Shown here: positions 28,753 to 37,526 of the stretch, one piece after another | Position numbering within the stretch: the first letter of the stretch is position 1 | Layout of the letters: the number at the start of each line of letters is the position of its first letter | Source of the DNA: a virus | Strand: one strand, 5' to 3' | DNA: 64,000 nucleotides | Virus record (IMG/VR): IMGVR_UViG_3300014325_000011 | Span: 51,126-115,125 of that record | The notes under the pieces: generated by a model | The model's input: only the letters and a program-made list of their open reading frames with translations | Databases searched by the model: none | Told to the model about the DNA's origin: nothing | Program-made: the position numbers and the translations under genes

Positions 28753-28979
28753 CGGCCCTCCCGCACGAACCCATGATCGCCGCAGGCCGTACATAGCACC
28801 GACGGCGAGATGGTGGATGGCTGCTCGGACTCCAGCGTCCACCCTGCAGGTTCGCCGAAGTAGATCCAGCCATACCGGCAGGGCTCGCCGTCTCTGCCCG
28901 GGTGGTCGATCTGCGCGCCGTGTAGCTCACCGTCGATCCGCCGATAGGTGAGCGTGTGACCGTGGCCCAGGTCAATCAT
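28737..28979 (-). CDS. DUF6527-like protein
   Basis: W.LESEQPSTISPSVLCTACGDHGFVREGRW motif. Confidence 0.6.
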   Translation of the reverse strand: MIDLGHGHTLTYRRIDGELHGAQIDHPGRDGEPCRYGWIYFGEPAGWTLESEQPSTISPSVLCTACGDHGFVREGRWIPA

Positions 28980-29163
28980 CGGCACAGTAGCCACAGACTG
29001 CTGACACCGTGCCGAACATGGTGGATGCGAAGCGCCATCCGACAGCCTCCAACGCGCGCCGGCCGTCAACCTCCGAAGCGATTGGGCCGAACTTGGCTGC
29101 GTCCTCGTCGTCGCCACACAGGTCACAGGTTGCGCGGACATCAAGGTGGACGTCGAGCGTCAT
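28972..29163 (-). CDS. Small Zn-ribbon protein
   Basis: CDLC...GW...CGYC. Confidence 0.55.
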   Translation of the reverse strand: MTLDVHLDVRATCDLCGDDEDAAKFGPIASEVDGRRALEAVGWRFASTMFGTVSAVCGYCADD

Positions 29164-29178
29164 CTCCCAGCGCCCCCT

Positions 29179-29679
29179 TCAGAAGATGCTGCGCCCACCG
29201 CGCGGGGCTCCGGGTGCTTCCCGCATGAGCCGGTCGAGGTCGCGCAGTTCACGTTTCCGACCGGAGTCGTCAGGCTTCGCGGTCTTGAACTGGGGTGTCG
29301 GCCGGTGGTGGAGCGGCACGGCGACTGTCGGTGGCACTGACGGTTTCACCCGCACCACTGCGTCCTCTGCCGCTACCTCGCCCGCTTTCCACCCTGCCCG
29401 GTAGACCTCGGTCAGCGCCGGGCCGAGCACACCCTTACGGGCATGCTGGCCGAGGATCATCCGTATCTCAGCCCGCAGAATCGTCGGGTCGGTGGTCGTC
29501 CCCGACGGCCAGCGGGACGCGAGGATCCCCGCCACTGCTTCGGCATCAATAAGCCGGTTCGCAGCCTGGGAGACGTGCCCCGCCATCCGTGGCCCTAGCT
29601 GGTCGTGGGCTTGGAAGCCCAGCCATGCCGCCCGCTCCCGTTGCCGGTTGCGGGCTTTCGGCTCGCCCCCCGCCACCAC
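29179..29679 (-). CDS. Probable N-terminal part of the MuF-like head protein, overlapping the portal 3' end in the +1 frame
   Basis: EPKA...AWLGFQAHDQL...ALTEVYRAGWKAGEVAA; start uncertain. Confidence 0.5.
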   Translation of the reverse strand: MVAGGEPKARNRQRERAAWLGFQAHDQLGPRMAGHVSQAANRLIDAEAVAGILASRWPSGTTTDPTILRAEIRMILGQHARKGVLGPALTEVYRAGWKAGEVAAEDAVVRVKPSVPPTVAVPLHHRPTPQFKTAKPDDSGRKRELRDLDRLMREAPGAPRGGRSIF

Positions 29680-31678
29680 CCGCCTTGCGGAGTTCGGCGG
29701 CGGTCGCCTTCGCGAGGCTTGCGGCGTCGGCGGGGGAGTCGTCCAACACCATGTGGTTGAGCGTCCGGGCCGTGTCGTCGTCCACCGTCGTGAAGGTGAA
29801 CGGCCGGGCGGGTGTCTTCCCAGTCTTGGCGAGCCTTGCCGCCCAGGTGGCGAACGCGGACAGTTCGGCGGCACTGGCGGACTTCTCCGCACCCTTCACG
29901 GGCTTCTGTGTGTCGCCAGACTTCGCGTTGCCCTTGGCCGGGGGCTTCGAGCCAGCATCCGGGCTGCCCTCGTCGGGGGTCTGCTCGTCGCCGTCCTCCC
30001 GCTCGCTGGCGGGAGTGTTCAGTGGCTTCCCGGAGGGCAGGTTGCCTGCTTGCAGGTTCTGCTTCGCCGCTTCCGCACCGGCCTTGACCGCCTCACCCTG
30101 GGCTTCCTGCTGCTCCTGCAAGCCGCGGATGAACTGGGGGCCCATCCTCGACAGGATGTAGGGTTCGTCGGCTTCGGGCATGTCGGCGTAGGGGGCCATG
30201 CCCATTTCGTCGCGGGCTTCGTTCAGCGTCATCCGGCCCGACTCGACACGGGCCAGCAGGACGGCGTCGGCGGCGGCCTCGTCTTCCTCTTCCAGGCCAA
30301 GGAACCGGAACTCGATCGCCGGGTCGAGGCCGAGGTACCGGCGGTTGACCATGTTGAAGATGCCGGACAGCCACTTCGCCCACGGCAGGATCATCTTCCG
30401 GTACTGGATGTTCTCCTGACCCTCATGGTAGCTCGCCCCACCCAGTCCGCCGGTTTCGATGAACCCGATCTCCGCCGGGGTAACCTGGAACGACGCACAG
30501 ATCAACTTGACGATGTAGGTGTCATACTCGGGCTTGTACAGTTCCGAGTTGTCGGCGAACTTCGCGAGCTTCCCACCTGGCAGGCCGATCTGAATCCGCT
30601 GCCGCTCGGCAAGATCCCCGGCAAGCTGGGTGTTGATCGACCGCCGCCAGCGTTGCATCTCGTCCGGTGTCATCCGGACGCTCTCCGGCAACTCCATCAG
30701 CGCCAGGGGCAGCGCGTTCGAGTCGAACTGGCGGGTCATCCACTCGGCGCGCTTCATCCACAGATTGATCCGCACCAGGGCGTTCTCCACCGGGCCGAAG
30801 CCGTAAGGGGACGACACCCGCTTGTTCCGCACCGAGTAGATCAGCTCGTCGGCTGACCTGCCACCATCAACCGTGCCATCCTTGCCGATGGGTGCGGTGA
30901 ACTCGCCGCGGGGGAAGCCATACAGGATCTCTTGGAACGCAGGGTCCGGAGGCTTCGGCCTACGCCCACGATGATCCAACAGCGGCTTGACAACGTCACC
31001 TGACATGTTCCACAGCGCGTAGAGATCATTGCCGTAGGTCAGATTCGCGTGCAGTGGCCAGGCGTCAAGGACCAGCACCTCTTCGAGGCCCACCCACAGC
31101 CAGTCGGCGAACTCCAAACCCTCGTCACGGTCCGGGGTCTGCCAGAAGTCCATCGCCTTGGCGATCTGCGGGGCCAGCTTCTCGCGAAGCTTCTGCTTCG
31201 CCTCCGTCTGCCGCAGACCTTCCAGTTCGGCCGCCGCGGCGATCGCCTTTTCGGAGACGACGATCGACCAGTCCAAACCGCAGACCTCGGTGCGGATCAC
31301 CCGCATGCAGTCCTGGACAATGTCCGTCCGCGCTGCGGCCCGTAGCGTGTCGAACGGGATGAGCCTGTGTTCGCCGCCGGGGATGTTCCAGCCGACCGGA
31401 TATTCCCAGGCCCTCGGATCGCTGCGACCATCCGGCCGCACCGGGTCGATGCCGTACGGCGGCAGGGGGGTCAGCGGGCCGAACGGCACCGTGTACGGCA
31501 ACTCACGGGGAAGCGGCTCATACGAGCCGACCGGCATCCCGGACTGCATCGTCGCAAGGGCGTTGGCCTGCGCGGACATGTCCCGGGTCTGCGCACCAGC
31601 CGCACGGGCGCCGGCCGCATAGCTGGCCTTGTCGAGGCGGCGGCGCTGCTGGGCGCGGCGACGGCTACGGGAGGACAT
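29546..31678 (-). CDS. Portal protein
   Basis: PRAWEYPVGWNI...IPFDTLRAAA...EEVLVLDA...SPYGFGPVE...ASFQVTPAEIGF...MTLNEARDEMG. Confidence 0.92.
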   Translation of the reverse strand: MSSRSRRRAQQRRRLDKASYAAGARAAGAQTRDMSAQANALATMQSGMPVGSYEPLPRELPYTVPFGPLTPLPPYGIDPVRPDGRSDPRAWEYPVGWNIPGGEHRLIPFDTLRAAARTDIVQDCMRVIRTEVCGLDWSIVVSEKAIAAAAELEGLRQTEAKQKLREKLAPQIAKAMDFWQTPDRDEGLEFADWLWVGLEEVLVLDAWPLHANLTYGNDLYALWNMSGDVVKPLLDHRGRRPKPPDPAFQEILYGFPRGEFTAPIGKDGTVDGGRSADELIYSVRNKRVSSPYGFGPVENALVRINLWMKRAEWMTRQFDSNALPLALMELPESVRMTPDEMQRWRRSINTQLAGDLAERQRIQIGLPGGKLAKFADNSELYKPEYDTYIVKLICASFQVTPAEIGFIETGGLGGASYHEGQENIQYRKMILPWAKWLSGIFNMVNRRYLGLDPAIEFRFLGLEEEDEAAADAVLLARVESGRMTLNEARDEMGMAPYADMPEADEPYILSRMGPQFIRGLQEQQEAQGEAVKAGAEAAKQNLQAGNLPSGKPLNTPASEREDGDEQTPDEGSPDAGSKPPAKGNAKSGDTQKPVKGAEKSASAAELSAFATWAARLAKTGKTPARPFTFTTVDDDTARTLNHMVLDDSPADAASLAKATAAELRKAGGGGGRAESPQPATGAGGMAGLPSPRPARATDGGARLPGCEPAY

Positions 31679-31699
31679 CGGCCCTCCGCGGCGTTCAGG

Positions 31700-31981
31700 T
31701 CAGTTCCGGGCCTGCTCGGCTATCTCACGCCAGCGTCGGGCGTTCTCGGCAAGGGCGGCTGTCAGTGCATCCCGCAGCCGGGCGGCGTCCTGTTCGGACA
31801 GCTCGACGTACACCTCTGGGTCGGCGGCGGTATCCACGGTGGCGATCCGCACCGCATAGCCGGACGGTTCCGCGGCTGGGTGCATCCCGGTGCGGGCCAC
31901 GTCGAGTTCGCGGCCGTCACAGTCGCGGATCGGCTCTGGCAGGTCGAGGGAACTCCAGATGCTCACAGCGGCCTCCGCCAA
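31700..31981 (-). CDS. Hypothetical protein
   Basis: 93-aa ORF between TerL and portal. Confidence 0.45.
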   Translation of the reverse strand: MAEAAVSIWSSLDLPEPIRDCDGRELDVARTGMHPAAEPSGYAVRIATVDTAADPEVYVELSEQDAARLRDALTAALAENARRWREIAEQARN

Positions 31982-34436
31982 CCCTCCTGTGAGGTCTGGC
32001 CGGGGAACAGGTCGTCGATGCCCAACGGGGCTGGTGTCTCGTCGGGCGGAAGCTGGGGCTGTGACCCGGCGGCGTCCTCTTTGGCGAAGACGTGGTTCAT
32101 GTAGAACTGCATCCCACCGATGTCGGCAAGATCAGTTATCGCCCAGACGCAGTTGTGGACCAGCACACCGTTCGCCACGAACTCGTGGACGTCGGCGACC
32201 TGTAGGTCATACACGTCCCGCAGCTCGGGCTCGGCGTAGAGCTGCACCACACGTCCGGCCGCAGGTCTCGGGCTTGACCCGGTACTTGTTCTGCCAGAAC
32301 TCTGTTCCGCAGAGAGGACACGGCACGCGGACCTTGTAGGTGTTGGCGTCTCGGTGATCTTTTTCGATGCACTGTTTCGAGCAGTGCTTGGCTCCCCGGG
32401 GGTTGCGGCTGAGGAACTTCGTGCCGCAAGTGACACAGGTGTACTCGACGTGCTCACGGTCTTCCCAAGTCCGGGCGCCGTGTTCCCGGTGCCACGCTCG
32501 CCCCTCGTCGCTTCGGTGCCACTCGGAAGCCAAATGCCGGACATCGGCGAGATGAGCCTGTTGTCTTGGCCCTCGGTTCCGCTCCAAGACCTCGTCGGCG
32601 TGTTCGGCGAAGTGCTCCGGCGGACTGAGCGCGACAAGGTTCGAGGGGTCGTTGTTGAACGGGTCGTCGTCCTTGTGGTGGACGTGGTAGCCGTCGGGAA
32701 TTGGACCGTGATGGCGCTTGTAGATCTCACGGTGGTACTGCTCAAGGCCGGAGCCACGAGGAGGCGAGTAGTAGACCCGGTTGGCGCGCTGCCGGCCTTT
32801 CGGGTTCCGGGTATAACGCACGCCGTCGAGGTAGACGGAGATAGGCGATTCCATACCACGATTGTATCTGCCCAAACCAGAGAATCGAGACGAGCCCATC
32901 CGCGATTCTCGGTCCAGACAAGGTGATCGGGAGTACCCGTAATCCGTCGCCCGTCAGCCGTAACTGCGGTCATCACCCGGGCTTCGCGGCGCGTACAGCG
33001 CGTCGCTTCGACCAGACGCCATCCCGCGCGGGTCCACACCAGTTCGCCCGGCTGGACATCTTCAATCGGGACGTCACCCCGACGCGCGAGAACCGTGGTA
33101 CCCGCGATCAGGCAGGCGTCGAGCCTGTTCGGCGACCAGTCCGCGTCCGGCGTCCACGAGATCATCTCGTCCTCAAGGTCAGGTAGCCCGCCGACATGGT
33201 GCGCCCGGCCCTGCTCGTAGATCGCCGAGATCGGTTCGGCGCGGATCTTCTTACCGCGGCTGGCCGTGACCTTCGTGTAAGCCACGTTGTGATCCACATG
33301 GCGGATCGTCGACTCGACCATGTCCGCCCCGAAGTTGACCTCGGCGACGATCCTGTCCGCCTTGTACCGGTGGTAGGCGTCGACCGCGGCCCGAGCCCAA
33401 CCATCCGGGCTCGCCTTCAACGTCAGGTCTTCCAACACCCAGAAGTGCTCCTGCGCGTCGACACCGGCTACGACGATGCCCGTGTGGTCCGACTCGTCGT
33501 TGGCCGTACCTGCCGGGTCGATCGCGACCACGATCCGGACCAGAGTGGGTAGGTCTGTGAGCGCACGACGGTGCTCGTCGATGTTGCCCCGGGTCCACAG
33601 GGCGCCCGGGTTGTCGTCCAGGTATTCGCCGTACAGCTCCTGGCGGCCAAGACGGGTGCCCTCGTAGCGCTTGCGCAGTTCCGACAGGGCGGCAGCGGAC
33701 AGGTTCGCCGCGTTGTCGAATGTCGAGCCGCGGGTGACGACTACCGAGCCGTCATCGCGGCCCATCCAGTCCTTGAGCAGGATCGATGGCTTCGGTGTGG
33801 TCGTGACGATGACCTGCGGGCGGCCGATGCGTAGCGCCGGGGCTAGGCCCTCAGTCCAGGACGCGCGGGCGTAACGCCACTTGGCAATTTCATCGAACCA
33901 ACCGCCGGACAGGTTCAGGCCACGGCCTACGTCGGCGTCATCCGCACCCAGCATGTGGATGATCTGGCCTGTGCTCAGCCTGATCTGCCAGAGCGACCGG
34001 TTATACACGTAGTCGACGTGGCGGTTGTTGAGCACGGTGCGAACACCGGCCGGACCTTCGACGCAGACCAGCCGAGCGTCGGAGAACGTTTCGGCGACGA
34101 TCGCCCATTCGGTGGGAGAGCCGTCGGGAGCGGTTGGGGTGTCGAGGACGCGCTGAACCAGCGTCTCGGCACCCGTTCGACTTTTCCCCAACCACGTCCC
34201 GCCAGGATCAGCCAGACGAGCCAGTCGCCGTCAGGTGCCCGCTGGGCGGTCCGTGCATGCTTCCACGTAAACGTGCCGTGGGGTTCGCCGTCACAGTCGT
34301 CGAGGCCGCACGCCCACGGCTTGTCTGCCGTAACGGTGACGGCTTCGAGTTGCTGGCGCAGTTCGAGCTCCCGCCGAAGGAGGGCGAGGCGTCGTTCAGC
34401 TAGGGTCGCCGGTTTCGGCAAGGTCGCGGTGGACAA
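31963..34436 (-). CDS. terL: Terminase large subunit, -1 frameshift at 34182-34188, intein-containing
   Basis: Frame 1 from TTG 34436 (GGAG RBS) ends ...WLILAGRGWGK. The -1 frame continues SRTGAE...GGWFDEIA (Walker B)...TTTPK...GRQELYGE...VAIDPA...DRIVAEVNFG...SPNRLDA. Confidence 0.9.
32152..33114 (-). mobile_element. Intein (321 aa) in the TerL nuclease domain
   Basis: Begins CLIAGTTV (block A); GTPDHLVW (block B TxxH); VYDLQV...HEFVANGVLVHN|C (blocks F/G, Cys+1). Exteins rejoin as SPNRLDA-CVWAITDL. Confidence 0.95.
32207..32854 (-). CDS. HNH homing endonuclease nested in an alternative frame inside the intein
   Basis: YHREIYKRHHGPIPDGYHVHHKDDDPFNNDPSNLVAL...EH..EH (HNH_3 type) plus C-terminal Zn-finger repeats CVTCG..F...CSKQC and CPLCG.EF...TCGRTC. 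Confidence 0.9.
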   Translation of the reverse strand: MESPISVYLDGVRYTRNPKGRQRANRVYYSPPRGSGLEQYHREIYKRHHGPIPDGYHVHHKDDDPFNNDPSNLVALSPPEHFAEHADEVLERNRGPRQQAHLADVRHLASEWHRSDEGRAWHREHGARTWEDREHVEYTCVTCGTKFLSRNPRGAKHCSKQCIEKDHRDANTYKVRVPCPLCGTEFWQNKYRVKPETCGRTCGAALRRARAAGRV

Positions 34437-34890
34437 GGCGGCGCTCCAACTCGGCGATCTCCGCTTCGATCTGGCCGACGGTTCGGACCTCAACCTTGGT
34501 CGGGGCGTCAAGGCCGAGGAGCTTCGCCCGACGGTCTTGGATCTTCAACAGCCGGTCGATGGCGGCGAGGATGGGTGCGTCGTCTTCCAACGGTTTGCCG
34601 TCGTGCCAGATGACGCCGTCTTTCTGGACGGTGTAGTGCTTGGCTTCGAGTACCTGCATGCCGGCCTGGTAAAGCCGGTCGAGGCGTTCGAGTTCGAGGG
34701 CGCGTAGTTCGTCGGCGGTTTCGCGGACGTCGGCGGCGATGATCCGCTGGACGGCGCGGTAGGCGACGCCGCGGTTCGGGTAGCGGAGTTCGGTGGCGAT
34801 CTGCTCGTAGGTCTTGCCTGCGATCCGCATGCGGGCGGCGTCGGCGTCCCGGGCGGCGGTGGCAGGGTTGTTGCGGGCGCGGGGCGGCAT
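34396..34890 (-). CDS. terS: Terminase small subunit
   Basis: HTH (MRIAGKTYEQIATELRY), ELERLDRL, AIDRLLKIQDRRAKLLGLDAP; overlaps the TerL start. Confidence 0.85.
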   Translation of the reverse strand: MPPRARNNPATAARDADAARMRIAGKTYEQIATELRYPNRGVAYRAVQRIIAADVRETADELRALELERLDRLYQAGMQVLEAKHYTVQKDGVIWHDGKPLEDDAPILAAIDRLLKIQDRRAKLLGLDAPTKVEVRTVGQIEAEIAELERRLVHRDLAETGDPS

Positions 34891-34998
34891 GTGTCACTCC
34901 CCGCGTTTCTGAAACGCGCCTAGTCATCGGCTTGCGTTTGGCTTACACTTGTCTTTCATGGGACGTAAACGTGCTGGTCAGCGGGTCGGGTCGTCGTC

Positions 34999-35217
34999 GT
35001 GGCCCGGGTAGCGCGGGTATCCGTCACGTTCCGGATGGCGCCGACGGCACGGGACCGGTTCGACCGGATCGCCGAGGTGACTACTGTCGACCGTTCGGAC
35101 GTGATCCGCGACGCGCTCGGCCAGTGGCTCGGGCAGCGCGACAAGGACTGCGCCTACAAGCACAAAGGCCCGATCGTCGACGGTGCCTGTGGGCACTGTG
35201 GGAAGGAGTTGGGATGA
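34999..35217 (+). CDS. Ribbon-helix-helix (CopG-like) regulator
   Basis: VSVTFRM....DRFDRIA....DRSDVIRDAL. Confidence 0.7.
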   Translation: MARVARVSVTFRMAPTARDRFDRIAEVTTVDRSDVIRDALGQWLGQRDKDCAYKHKGPIVDGACGHCGKELG

Positions 35218-35418
35218 CCGCGACCAGACGACCAGTCTCACCCGTCGGTGTTGCCGAGGTGAAGGCCCTTGAGACCAGCAACCCGCGGTTGCAGTGCATG
35301 AGCCTCGGGCCGCCGCTCGGGCTGACCGGCATGGCCGGGGTGTACTGCCAGTCCCGTTCAACCAGCACGGCCACGACTACGTCATTGACTGGGATGACGA
35401 CAGCGCCGAGGGGGAGAA

Positions 35419-35793
35419 GTGAACAGCCCGCCGGAGACCAAGCTCGACGTTGACCAGCTCCGCGTCCTCGCCGCCGTGGACCGGGGCTGGGTGGATTACC
35501 TGCCTGAGTACACGATCGGTTGGGGCAGCCGGCAGAGGACCATCATCGAGACCTACGAGATCAACAGTAGCGCCGGGGTGCTTCGCAAAGACGGTCAGAC
35601 GTTCATGCGCGGCGAGCAGAAGACCGTGCGTGGCCGGGCGCTTCGCCGTCTCGGGTTCATCGAGATCGGCGACTCGGATGGCCGTCGCAAGCCGGTGACG
35701 GTCACCGAGAAGGGTCGACAGTACCTTGCGAAGGACCCGAGGTCGACGACCGTTCTCGACGCGGAATCAGCCAGTTCCCGCCACCGAGGCTGA
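35419..35793 (+). CDS. Hypothetical winged-helix-like protein
   Basis: QLRVLAAV...LRRLGFI...VTVTEKGRQYL. Confidence 0.55.
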   Translation: MNSPPETKLDVDQLRVLAAVDRGWVDYLPEYTIGWGSRQRTIIETYEINSSAGVLRKDGQTFMRGEQKTVRGRALRRLGFIEIGDSDGRRKPVTVTEKGRQYLAKDPRSTTVLDAESASSRHRG

Positions 35794-36075
35794 CAGAACC
35801 GTGATCAGCGTGACGACGTACACGCAGGGACTGAGCCTCAGCCGTTCCGGTGGTCTTCGAGGTCGTCGCAGGTCAGTAGCGTCGACTCGTGGGGACAGGA
35901 ACGCCCGGGGCGGCCTCGGTGTGGAGCCGGTGTCCGAGGTCGTGGCCGCAGACGCAGTTCCCCGCACCTGAGTGGACGTCTCGGGCGTAGACGTGCGGAC
36001 GTCCGTACTGGCCCTTGAACGGGCCGACGGTGCCCTCGAAGCCGGGAACGTCGACAGTTGCGGCGGCAGCGAGGC

Positions 36076-36408
36076 TCATCCCTGATCTTCCCTTGCTGTA
36101 GCAGTCGGGCCTTGCAGGAACGCGGTCAGCTTCCCGGTTGCGACGTCTTCGTCGAGGTCGTCGAGGTTGACCAGTAGCCCTGACCACGTCTCGGCAGGGT
36201 CGGAAGCACTAGAGGGGAGTTCCCTCCACTGGTCGGAGGGCCCCATGTCGCCGTGCTGACCGGTGTAGCCGTCGAACCGCCACTGCCGGCCGCAGATGTC
36301 GCACTGCCAGACCGAGTTCCGGTCGAACGCGGTTCCTTTGCCCGAGTCAGGCTTCTTGCACGCACGCGCAGTGTGAGCAGGCAGGTTGTTCTTGGTGATC
36401 CACGGCAT
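36076..36408 (-). CDS. Hypothetical Zn-binding protein
   Basis: VWQCDICGRQW; tiled with the small ORFs 35873-36079 and 36424-36609. Confidence 0.5.
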   Translation of the reverse strand: MPWITKNNLPAHTARACKKPDSGKGTAFDRNSVWQCDICGRQWRFDGYTGQHGDMGPSDQWRELPSSASDPAETWSGLLVNLDDLDEDVATGKLTAFLQGPTATAREDQG

Positions 36409-37208
36409 GTCAGACCCCCACGCCTAGTAGCACTGCCAACGGGCGCCGCAGTCGCAGCGCATCCCAGACCAGCGGACCTTCAGCCGGCGGGAACAGCCCT
36501 TGGCGTGCTTTCGGTGCCCATTGGGGAGCCGTTCGCCAACCCGGTCCACCACGGACACCGTATTGGGGTCACGCTCATCGACGATGACCTGATACCGAGC
36601 TTCTTCCACCTGCCCATTCTACCGCGTTTCCGCTGGTAGGGTGGTGTGTAGGTGCCGCCCATCCGACCGGGTGATCGCGACGAACAAACCCATCGGGCGG
36701 CGCCCCTCAAGCGGAACCGCGATGGTTCCTTGGGGCGGGAGGCGAGGGAACCACCGGGCGTCGCGCCGTAGCCGCGACACCCCCGTAAGGGGCTGACATC
36801 TCGGCCCGGCCTCCCGCCCAACCTACCCGGTGCGCGGTGAAAGCCCATTCACTGCGATCATGGATCGCATGAACGTTTCAGTTGATGTAGATGTGGGGGC
36901 GATTGTCGACGCCCGGGTAGCAGCCCGGATTGAACGGGTCCGCCGGCGGCGTGCAGCGCTAGCCGCCTTCCAGAAAGCGCACGTTCAGCGCCGCGAGTAC
37001 GGCAACCGTGCGCGCCATGCGGCGAAACTCGCCCGTCAGGCAGACGGGTGAACCTCAACCGCCGGTTCGGTCGCCACCACGGCGTGCATGGCCCCGCAGG
37101 GTTCCGCGTCCCACGGCTGGTCACACTGGCCACAGACGGGGCGGGAACGGGCTGTACGAAGCGCCTCAGCCCACGCCGCGGCGAACGAGCCAAGCTCGGC
37201 AGTCTCAG

Positions 37209-37442
37209 TCACGCCGCCTCCCATTCGTCGTCGTAGCTGGCACTGGGGGCGCGATGCCTGAGCGGTTCGAGGTCTGCGAAACGCCACAGCAACGGGCGGT
37301 GTCCGGTGGTGAGCTGGGCCGCAGGCTGGATGCCGTGCCGGGCCAACAGTTTCCGGGTCGCCATGTAGTCGCGTTGGGGGTTGTGGCGGAAGAAGGTGCA
37401 GGCGTCGCGCAACAGCAAGAAGCCCGGAGGTGGCATCGGCAA
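37209..37442 (-). CDS. Small HTH-like DNA-binding protein
   Basis: LLLRDAC...TRKLLARHGIQP...LLWRFADL. Confidence 0.5.
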   Translation of the reverse strand: MPMPPPGFLLLRDACTFFRHNPQRDYMATRKLLARHGIQPAAQLTTGHRPLLWRFADLEPLRHRAPSASYDDEWEAA

Positions 37443-37526
37443 CCTCCGGGCACACTTCTGGACGCATCTCCGATCCTATACATCTCGGCGGCGGGGTCAA
37501 CAGCGGGGTCCGCACAACACGTCGTG

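Noticed and set aside
33975-34511. Independent 178-aa gene
   Set aside because: It is the N-terminal part of TerL up to the Walker A; the residues after GWGK are out-of-frame run-on.
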